Source: Candidatus Hadarchaeota archaeon (GTDB lineage Archaea; CAYQAE01; CAYVLA01). Taken from it: a stretch of 58,565 nt of DNA. Positions 50,880 through 58,565 of this stretch are shown in pieces; positions within the stretch are counted from its first letter, which is position 1; every line of letters begins with the position of its first letter. The DNA lies in NCBI GenBank assembly GCA_964621445.1, contig CAZUNO010000018.1, positions 1-58,565 of the forward strand, given 5' to 3'. The notes under the pieces were generated by a model. It saw nothing but the letters and a program-made list of their open reading frames with translations. It was not told the origin of the DNA and did no database searches. The position numbers and the translations under genes are program-made.

Positions 50880-51536
50880 TCAATCCCAGCTAAGTATATC
50901 ACGGATCTCCTCCCGCTTGAGGTAGACGAGTGATAATGTAGTTATCAAAAGTAATCCTAGTATAATTATGGCCCTAACCATTCTGGGATTATAGCTCCTT
51001 ATGGTCATCTCATCATAGCTCGGCAACCCTCTCCCGGCCTCATTTCGAGCAAAAATCTTGAATACGATCTCCTGGCCCTCCTCGAAACCCCTCTTTTGAG
51101 TCCGGACAACTTGCTTATTGGTGGCATTTACCGACCAGCCCTCGACGTATGACTGTCCCTTCAACGCACACCAGATCTCGTACTTTTCCACCTCATCATG
51201 CGAGGGATTGCTGCTCCATCTGAGGAATACCTCATAGCCTTCGTTCCCCTTTTTCACCCTTTCAACCCTGAAATCGGAGGGAGGACCGGGGGAAGCAAGT
51301 TCAACCAATCTATCAACTTGGTTTTGTAGGGACCTTAGGTTTTTCTCAAGGATAGCAATCCTATCCAGTAGAACCCTCGTACGTGTCAGAGCCACCTCCA
51401 ACTGCCTCTGGGTCAAATTCAAATCCTGCTCCAGATCATCAGCCCGCCTTTCCAAAGACAAATTATTCGCGCAGGCCGTATAAGGCACCGATATCATCAG
51501 GCTGCATATACACAGGAGGATGGTAGAGATACGCAT
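50880..51536 (-). CDS. Secreted membrane-anchored protein with coiled coil and fibronectin type III domain
   Basis: Signal peptide, heptad region, PGPPSDF...LRW...YEI...FKIFARNEAGRGLPS FN3 pattern and C-terminal TM helix. Confidence 0.78.
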   Translation of the reverse strand: MRISTILLCICSLMISVPYTACANNLSLERRADDLEQDLNLTQRQLEVALTRTRVLLDRIAILEKNLRSLQNQVDRLVELASPGPPSDFRVERVKKGNEGYEVFLRWSSNPSHDEVEKYEIWCALKGQSYVEGWSVNATNKQVVRTQKRGFEEGQEIVFKIFARNEAGRGLPSYDEMTIRSYNPRMVRAIIILGLLLITTLSLVYLKREEIRDILSWD

Positions 51537-51605
51537 TGAATCAACTCGTCGACAAATCTGAGCTTCACAATAATTAATAAAATTTCAGTTGAACGGAGAG
51601 GGTAG

Positions 51606-51881
51606 ATGAAAAAGAGTGTTCATGTCTACATAAGCGGAAGAGTTCAGGGAGTCTCCTTTAGGTACAATACACGCAGAAAGGCAAATTCGCTTGGTGTTAA
51701 GGGGTGGGTAAGAAACCTGTCTGATGGACGGGTGGAATGCCGATTTGAGGGGTCAGAACAGGCAGTCGAGTCAATGATAGAATTCTGTCGTGAGGGCCCC
51801 AGACTGGCCAAGGTAACTGATTTTGAAGTCGAGGAAGAAGAATACAAAGGTCAGTTTTCGGATTTCTCAGTAAGATACTGA
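51606..51881 (+). CDS. acyP: Acylphosphatase
   Basis: SGRVQGVSFR, GWVRNLSDGRVE and GP..AKV motifs. Confidence 0.95.
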   Translation: MKKSVHVYISGRVQGVSFRYNTRRKANSLGVKGWVRNLSDGRVECRFEGSEQAVESMIEFCREGPRLAKVTDFEVEEEEYKGQFSDFSVRY

Positions 51882-51976
51882 TTTTCTGTAGCTCAAATAC
51901 CATCCAGTTCTGGGAAGATACTTATCTTGAAAAGGTCATTTCTTGATGTTCTCCAGTTTCAGCATTCGGTGAGAAT

Positions 51977-53206
51977 TTGAAGACCCTGATTGATAAGGAA
52001 CCATGGTTTCGGGGTATATTGACCCCGGAGCCCATTTTGGTTCTCACCTTTTGCCTATTATTGATCACTTCTCCCTGCGTTGTTTCCGTTGATCGCGTAT
52101 CATGCTTTATTTTGGGAAAGGTCCGGCACTCCCTCTGTCCCTTAACCTCTTTCTTTTCGGAGGACCCCCTGTTTGTCTATTCTTTGGAACCAATACCCAG
52201 CGGTTTATCGGACGAGGAAAGAAGAAAATTCGATCGTCAATATTTCCCCCGATCTAGGTCGGCCTTGATTGAATCCATCGACATGATGTTCTTTTCCGAT
52301 GCCAGGGTCCAGCATTTCTCTCCGCGCCAGTTTAGGGATATCGAATATGCCTTTACCGAAGCTGGGATGCCTTCCTTCTGGAGCTTCGGCCCTGCATGGC
52401 TTCAGGCTGTAGAGCCCACCATTCTTCGCGACCTGGTCCCAATTCGCGAATATGAGTTCTATTATCATAAAAACTGGAGGGTGAGTTTCAGGGAAGAGGC
52501 CGGGGCGATCTTCGGTGTTTTCCGGGACCTGGGAATGGAGAGAGTTCAGGGGGACGCGTACGCGATCATGGTTCCAAAACAGGGGTCTAAGATATGGGCC
52601 GATATGGTGCCCCTTGACCTTCCCTGGCTTGTTTCATGGAATCCAGGTGGCAAAAACCCGGGAATAGCCTAGGTCTGTGCGGATGAATTTAACAGGCAGT
52701 GGTGGTCTCTCACCGCAAGCTCGAGGGGCGAAAACCCCTATGCCATCGATTTTATCACTAATCTAGTCCTCCATTCACTTGATCGGGCATTAATCCGGGA
52801 TATCCATGCGAGAAGGAAAGCCAGGAATATGATATCCACTTTCAAGAGCCGTAAGTTGCTAATCCTCTCCATGCTGGAATGGGCTGATAATTTCGGGGCC
52901 AATGTCCTTCCCCTGTATTCCCGATTTACGCAACTGGAGGAAGAGGTAGAAGTCGCCGTGAATTACTACCTCGAACAGGACTATCAGCCGGCAATCTCCG
53001 CCCTAGAGGGTTTGGATGCACAGGTGTCTCAGATAGGCCGTGAGGCGGTCGCCATGAAGGACCAGGCCCTCTTCTGGGTTTTCTTATCGGAATGGCTGGC
53101 AGTGACCTCGGTTTCCATAATTACCGGGGTAACCGTTTGGACTTTGATGATTAAAAGGAAGGCTTACCGTGCCGTATCAACCACCAGGATGGCTAAATCT
53201 GACTGA
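51977..53206 (+). pseudogene. Membrane-anchored exported protein interrupted by an in-frame TAG at 52670-52672
   Basis: ORFs 51977-52672 and 52829-53206 share a frame, and the intervening codons are open (GIA*VCADEFNRQWWSL...NPYAIDFITNLV...). N-terminal hydrophobic segment and C-terminal TM helix. Confidence 0.75.
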
Positions 53207-53234
53207 TCCACCAGTAGCTCTCTCGATAGATGGC

Positions 53235-53954
53235 TTAAACCATTCGCTGAAGGAAATCGTCTGCCAGCTGGGCATGCTGAAGGGGATTTCGTGGTCTAAT
53301 CTCAAATACCGCGGCCCCCTCGAAACCAACCTCTTCCAGGGCATTAAATAGGTACCTCCAATCCGATTCCGGAATTATTCCACTTCCCGGAACGTAATGA
53401 TCGATCTCACCAAGGGTGTCCTGTATATGCAGGTGGCATATGTCGTGCTTGAGCGAATCCACAAATTCTTTCATGGAGCGATCGGTGAAGTAAATATGAC
53501 CAACATCCAGGCATATCTCCAGATTATCCAGGTTTTTTAGTGCCTCAGTTAGTATTTCCAGTGGAGAATTCTCAAGGGCCATTACAATACCGTTGTCTAC
53601 TGCCATATCAACGATTTTCTGCGCAAATTCGTAGTCGGGTCTGTTTCGCAGTCTCAGATGGTTTGGGTGAACTACTATCACGTCGCTATCCGTTGCCACT
53701 GCCGTCTTGATCTGGTTCTCATGTTGTTCAATGGTGTCAGAACCCCCGGCGTGTAGACTGGAAGGTATATCCCCTATGAGGTTTTGGAGCCTTTTTCTAT
53801 GTAGGGGGCCAAAAAGGTCCTCCCTCTGGAACCAACGTTCCCAGATCTCAACCCCATACCCGGCTTCCCGTATACTATCGATAACTTTCTCAAGGCTTCC
53901 TGGCTGATGGTAGTGGAAGTAGTTCCAAAGGCTTATTCGATAATTCAGGTCCAT
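53235..53954 (-). CDS. Sugar phosphate isomerase/epimerase (xylose isomerase-like TIM barrel)
   Basis: SLHA, VVHP, ALEN, CLDVGH, HLHIQD, DHYVPGSG and VFE motifs. Confidence 0.88.
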   Translation of the reverse strand: MDLNYRISLWNYFHYHQPGSLEKVIDSIREAGYGVEIWERWFQREDLFGPLHRKRLQNLIGDIPSSLHAGGSDTIEQHENQIKTAVATDSDVIVVHPNHLRLRNRPDYEFAQKIVDMAVDNGIVMALENSPLEILTEALKNLDNLEICLDVGHIYFTDRSMKEFVDSLKHDICHLHIQDTLGEIDHYVPGSGIIPESDWRYLFNALEEVGFEGAAVFEIRPRNPLQHAQLADDFLQRMV

Positions 53955-54060
53955 GCGGTAACAGAGTTGACCATGTACTTTAGTGTTTCAACTAACACCA
54001 CAGGGGATGAAATCTCTATTTTAAGATCCCTTTGCGAAAGGCACGGATGGAGGAAATGGG

Positions 54061-54243
54061 TTGCCTACATGCTTAAGATGTGCCAGGGAGCTAGAACAGA
54101 GTGATATAGAGACACAAAAATGGGAGGATGTCTTGAAAAAGACCTATTACTCCTGCCAGAATTGTGGGGCCACTTGGCTCTACAGCAAGGGCTTCAACTG
54201 CCCCGTATTGGTAGACGAGGCAAGCATCATTGTTGATGGGTAG
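54061..54243 (+). CDS. Small zinc-ribbon protein
   Basis: CLRC...CQNC pair; GGAGG SD before the TTG start. Confidence 0.6.
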   Translation: MPTCLRCARELEQSDIETQKWEDVLKKTYYSCQNCGATWLYSKGFNCPVLVDEASIIVDG

Positions 54244-54255
54244 AATCCATTATCC

Positions 54256-54954
54256 CTACTGGCCAACCCATTGAAGGATATCCCTAAGATCGGTTACCAC
54301 TCTAAGATTTGGGAACTCCTTCTTCATCTTCCCTGTTCTATCCACTACTACGCCGGTCATGCCGATGGATTCCGATCCTCGGGCGTCCGCCGACGGGGAG
54401 TCCCCTATCATCATACATTCCCATGGCTCCGAACAGATGGAATCGGCTGCCAGCTCGAAGATCTTTGGATTGGGTTTTTTAATGCCAACAGCTCCGGATA
54501 TTATTACCTCATCAAAATATGTCACTATGCCGGTCTTATCAAGATAATAGCGTATACCATGCGGCTGGGCATTTGATATAAGTCCAACCTTGTATTTGGG
54601 CTTAAGTTCCTTCAGAGTTGGGAGAACATCCTCAAACATCTCATCATTGATGCTATGAGGCTGAAAACGGCCCCAGATGAAGGCGTCTACGACCTCATCA
54701 GATAGCTCCAAACCAAGCTTGGGCATGATCTCCCTGCTGAATTGGCGGATGTTTATATCCAGCCCCTTGCTCGCTAGCTTCTTGCTCCTCTCGCGATAGG
54801 GTCCCTCGAAAATATCTCGAAATACTTGAAATGGAACCTGCAGGCCCTTTTCTTTGAGGGCATCATACCCGGACCTCAAGGTCTCATCGCTTGGAATCTT
54901 TCTTTTCTCGTGAAATAGGGTGCCGCCGAAGTCAAAAAAGACGGTGTTGATCAT
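54256..54954 (-). CDS. HAD-superfamily hydrolase
   Basis: FFDFGGTL, ISN, KKPNPKIF and IGDS..AD motifs. Confidence 0.92.
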   Translation of the reverse strand: MINTVFFDFGGTLFHEKRKIPSDETLRSGYDALKEKGLQVPFQVFRDIFEGPYRERSKKLASKGLDINIRQFSREIMPKLGLELSDEVVDAFIWGRFQPHSINDEMFEDVLPTLKELKPKYKVGLISNAQPHGIRYYLDKTGIVTYFDEVIISGAVGIKKPNPKIFELAADSICSEPWECMMIGDSPSADARGSESIGMTGVVVDRTGKMKKEFPNLRVVTDLRDILQWVGQ

Positions 54955-55125
54955 CCGCTAGCTTGGAATCAGGCGGATTCTTATGTTTTAGCATCAGAAA
55001 TGGTGAAAATGGCTTTCATTCGTTTGCTTGGATAAAGCTGGGGCCTCCAAACCCATAACCCCGGATATGTGGGAAATTTGTTCCTCAGTTGGGCAAACAA
55101 ATCTAAACTACCAACTGAGTGATTA

Positions 55126-56412
55126 GTGGATTTGATCTTCTTGCCGCAGGTGAATGATCGGATATCTGAAAAGGTTGAGGAAATCAAGCTGGTTGACACC
55201 CATGAACATCTGATGCCAGAGGAGGATAGGCTGAACTCGGAAATAGATCTTTTCTATCTCTTTCCACACTATGCATCGTCCGACTTGGTATCCGCGGGTA
55301 TGCCAAAGGAGGATCTCGACAATATAAGAAATACCAAAATACCCTTGGAGGAGAGATGGTCCCTATTCGAGCCATATTGGAGACACGTCAGAACGACCGC
55401 ATATGGTCGCACTTTGATCTCCGCCGTCAGATGGCTCTTTGGAATACACGACATAACTAGGGAAACCTATCATGAACTCTCCGAAAAGATATCTCGATCC
55501 AACAAGCCAGGTTGGTACCAATCCGTTTTAAAGGATGAGGGAAGAATCGAGGTTTCCCTTGAATGCGGTGGATCCTGCAACGTGGACCCCAACTTCTTTG
55601 CCCCAGTCATCGATTTCCAGGGATTCATAACTCCACGCAGCAGGGGAGAGCTAGAATCCCTTGGTGATGAAACTGAAACCAGGATACACAACCTGGATGA
55701 CCTCGTTAACTCGCTTGAACAACGCTTTCAGGACTGCCTGGATGATGGCATGGTCGGGGTCAAGATAGGACTAGCCTATTCTCGCATACTCAGATTCGAC
55801 AAGACCCCGAGGCATGATGCGGAGAAATTATTCAACAGGATATTCTCCGATCTCGGCCAAGGGCTATCCTGGAAACAGGCAAAGCCCCTTCAGGACTACA
55901 TGGTCCACCAGCTAATAGAAATGGCGGCCGAACACGATATCCCGATCCAAATTCACACCGGCATACATGAAGGTAACGGGAATATCATAACGAACTCAAA
56001 TCCCACCCACCTGACAAACCTCTTCCTTGAATACTCGGATGCCAAGTTCGATATATTCCATGGTGGATATCCATACTCGGGCGAGCTGTCGGTACTGGCC
56101 AAGAACTTTCCCAATGTTTACGTGGACATGTGTTGGCTTCACATAATCTCCCCCTCTTTCTCCAGACGGATGCTCCACGAATGGATAGAAACAGTGCCAG
56201 CCAACAAGATAATGGCCTTCGGAGGTGACTATATCGTGGTGGAAGGTGCATACGCACACTCCCGAATGGCGAGGGAAACCGTCACCCGGGTACTATCCGA
56301 AAAGATCGAAGAGGGATATATGTCCGAAGATGATTCCCTACTCATGGCCGAAAAGATTCTCAGAGAGAATGCCTGGAACCTGTTTAAGCTCGGAGAGCGA
56401 TGGAAAGGGTAG
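55126..56412 (+). CDS. Amidohydrolase family protein (uronate isomerase-like)
   Basis: VDTHEH, VKIGLAY.R, QIHTG, IFHGGYP, DMCW and FGGD motifs. Confidence 0.88.
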   Translation: MDLIFLPQVNDRISEKVEEIKLVDTHEHLMPEEDRLNSEIDLFYLFPHYASSDLVSAGMPKEDLDNIRNTKIPLEERWSLFEPYWRHVRTTAYGRTLISAVRWLFGIHDITRETYHELSEKISRSNKPGWYQSVLKDEGRIEVSLECGGSCNVDPNFFAPVIDFQGFITPRSRGELESLGDETETRIHNLDDLVNSLEQRFQDCLDDGMVGVKIGLAYSRILRFDKTPRHDAEKLFNRIFSDLGQGLSWKQAKPLQDYMVHQLIEMAAEHDIPIQIHTGIHEGNGNIITNSNPTHLTNLFLEYSDAKFDIFHGGYPYSGELSVLAKNFPNVYVDMCWLHIISPSFSRRMLHEWIETVPANKIMAFGGDYIVVEGAYAHSRMARETVTRVLSEKIEEGYMSEDDSLLMAEKILRENAWNLFKLGERWKG

Positions 56413-56440
56413 ATAAATTGCCCTGGAAAGGCAGGTCAGG

Positions 56441-56662
56441 CTATACGCAAATCCTCCGAATTTGCTCCACCGATCCTCCTGATGGTTCCCTGTCCTCCTT
56501 TGATTTATGGCCTCCCATTCCGCTTCGGGATCCGCCAATTCTCCCCAGAAAGGTTGCTACGACGAAACCTAGAACCATGCCCAACATGAGCATGGTGACT
56601 CCGTCACTGGTCCAGAAGAATTCCCATAGTCCTGAAAGAATTTGGGTAAGCACTGCAAACAT
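56441..56662 (-). CDS. Small single-TM membrane protein
   Basis: 73 aa, one strong TM helix; GAGGA SD upstream of the ATG. Confidence 0.5.
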   Translation of the reverse strand: MFAVLTQILSGLWEFFWTSDGVTMLMLGMVLGFVVATFLGRIGGSRSGMGGHKSKEDREPSGGSVEQIRRICV

Positions 56663-56764
56663 AAACTCATTCCTCTTATAGAATTCAACATAATTTCAGG
56701 TCGATATAAACGGTGGCCCGTTATCATTCCCCCGTTTATTCTATTCGCAATGAGCTGCTAGAAA

Positions 56765-58565
56765 TCACAGGGATGATCGAATTTCCAAAGCCTCGCCTTC
56801 CTTAACTTCAATTTCCCCTCTGATCACCAGAGTGTCCTCCTTTATTTCAACATCCAGGTCCTCATCGCTGGTCGTAGCCCGGACATCTGTTTTCTCCAGC
56901 AAGTTGGGAATGGATAGTTCCTGCAGTTTAAGGCACCCTTTCACGACCTCAATCCTAGACCTCTGAGCATCGGAGTCAAGTTCTTGCTTATAATCCCCCC
57001 AACCATTGGAAAAGGTGAAAAGGGAGGTAAAGGAACTCTGATTTATTCTCGGTGCAAAGGCCATGCTTTCACGCGACGCATCAAAGAAACAGCCGGATAG
57101 TGATTCCAATAATGCCCAGCTGCTCATTGGTCTCACGTAGTGATCACCATATTCGACCTCGTTCCAGGGGTTCCTAAGCCGGCCGTCGTGTCTGGTCCTC
57201 GCCCTTCTCACTATCTCCAAGCCCTCTTCGACCATGTCCTCGTATATCATCAGGCTGGCAGTCGAGTATTCGATTCCCGTCCACACCTCGTCGCTGTAAT
57301 TTGATACAGGATCCCTCCTCCCTCCCTTTGGCCAGGTGCAAATCAAAAGCCCGGGCTCGTCTTCCTTAAGGTAAACTCTAGGTTTCTGGACATGTCCTTC
57401 TAGATCATCCCGGAGATTGTATCTGAAGATTGAATCCAATGCTTTCGAAACGTGCTCTGGATCAAGTATATGTCCTAGACCAAGGATGTGCGCCCACCAC
57501 TGTCCAAGAAGTTGGTCTGAGTGGCAACCCTTTCCATACTGATAAGATGGATGTTCATCCTGGTCGTAATTCTGTATATAATATTCCCCGTTCCAAAGCT
57601 CCGAGTCCATCAGCGAGGCCCCCTTGGAATAGATCCTCTTACACCTCTCGGCCAAATCCTCCTCCCCCTTTTCCTTGGCCATCTCCTCCATGGCCCGAAG
57701 GGTCGACAGGTAGAGACCGCTAACGAAGCTATTATGGCCGAAGAGGTGCAAATCATACGTGTTCCACTGGGCACCCGAAAACACTCCTTCCTCATCCATA
57801 TCCCAGGTGTTTATGGCGTAATCCAGACATCTCTTTAGAGATTCCCAATACCTGTCGAGGAAAGCGCTGTCACCGTGAACTATATACTCCCGGTAGGTCT
57901 TGAGTATGGTCCCGCAGTGGCCGTCCGCCGCATAGACACTAGCTTTCGGGTCCTCAGAACTCCACCGGGGAAGATACAGGGGCAGCTTGGTCCGATGTGG
58001 AATCCGGCCGTCGCTACCCATCTGAAAATCCAGGTCGACCTCTCTCATTGACCGTTCAAGACCGGGGAATAGCTTTGAAAGGGTCTGTTCATAGTTCCAT
58101 ACATGGGTACAATTCAGGGGGCCGCAACCCCCTTTGGAGAATGAATTTCCGCAGCTTACGCCGCAGCATCCCTCGAAACCATAGAACCTTCCATCCTCGG
58201 CCCAGAAACAAGTCGGGCTCCGGATTGTCGATATCTGGGAGGAAACCGCGTCAAGCACCTCGCCGGGAAGAGAGCTACTGAAAAATGAACTCCGAAAGGA
58301 TTCCGTTCTTTCCCTCAATCTTTCCAGGTTGGATTTGGCGTAATCTAACACGTCCATCGCTCCCCCGAACCAATTTGTGTACATATTCCCCACCCAGAAC
58401 CTGGATTTCGTGTCCTCCACTCCTAGACCTTTCTGGTCCCAGTTTACGTACCGGTTGGGGAAATACCAGGTCAGGGCAAAGATCACCTCCCGCGATTCAT
58501 TTGGCTCAAGGGTTAGCTTAGTGCTTAGAGCCCCGTTCCATGTCATTCCTTTAGGGCTTGGTCCA
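56765..58565 (-). CDS. Glycoside hydrolase family 116 (5' end beyond the window)
   Basis: WYFPN, FYGFEGC, NCTHVWNY, AADG, NTYD, DQLLGQWW, EVWTGIEY and RNPWNEVE.G.HY.R motifs; the frame stays open to the window edge. Confidence 0.9.
   Translation of the reverse strand, partial: GPSPKGMTWNGALSTKLTLEPNESREVIFALTWYFPNRYVNWDQKGLGVEDTKSRFWVGNMYTNWFGGAMDVLDYAKSNLERLRERTESFRSSFFSSSLPGEVLDAVSSQISTIRSPTCFWAEDGRFYGFEGCCGVSCGNSFSKGGCGPLNCTHVWNYEQTLSKLFPGLERSMREVDLDFQMGSDGRIPHRTKLPLYLPRWSSEDPKASVYAADGHCGTILKTYREYIVHGDSAFLDRYWESLKRCLDYAINTWDMDEEGVFSGAQWNTYDLHLFGHNSFVSGLYLSTLRAMEEMAKEKGEEDLAERCKRIYSKGASLMDSELWNGEYYIQNYDQDEHPSYQYGKGCHSDQLLGQWWAHILGLGHILDPEHVSKALDSIFRYNLRDDLEGHVQKPRVYLKEDEPGLLICTWPKGGRRDPVSNYSDEVWTGIEYSTASLMIYEDMVEEGLEIVRRARTRHDGRLRNPWNEVEYGDHYVRPMSSWALLESLSGCFFDASRESMAFAPRINQSSFTSLFTFSNGWGDYKQELDSDAQRSRIEVVKGCLKLQELSIPNLLEKTDVRATTSDEDLDVEIKEDTLVIRGEIEVKEGEALEIRSSL

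Overview
Gene-dense chromosomal segment that is most likely archaeal and probably TACK-type (Bathyarchaeia- or Brockarchaeota-like). This is inferred from a single-OB-fold crenarchaeal-type SSB, TATA-box promoters and PEF-CTERM-like C-termini, not from a phylogeny. Positions 1-3500 are a decayed accessory zone. They hold a possible TnpB-like remnant, a secreted glutamic-peptidase-like gene broken by an in-frame TAG next to a DUF4367-like membrane partner, two back-to-back DDE transposase 3' ends bounded by inverted repeats, a candidate small RNA whose repeated loops match the peptidase gene's start region, and phased A-tracts. The rest is mostly heterotrophic, carbohydrate-related genes: GH2, two GH116, GH123/DUF4091-like, GH63-like, GH42-like, sialidase-like, SGNH, two PHP-fold hydrolases, an M14 peptidase, four UroD/MtaA-superfamily proteins, a DegT aminotransferase, a creatininase-family protein and two sugar isomerase TIM barrels. 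It also carries a crtI-crtB-lycopene elongase-bcp carotenoid cluster, a bacterial-type NAD-dependent DNA ligase (ligA), trmO, acyP, ssb and several transporters. Three exported or membrane protein genes have stops at apparent Trp codons, and a CDF transporter has an in-frame internal deletion. I saw no rRNA, tRNA or CRISPR array. All family calls come from motif recognition by eye; no database searches were run.
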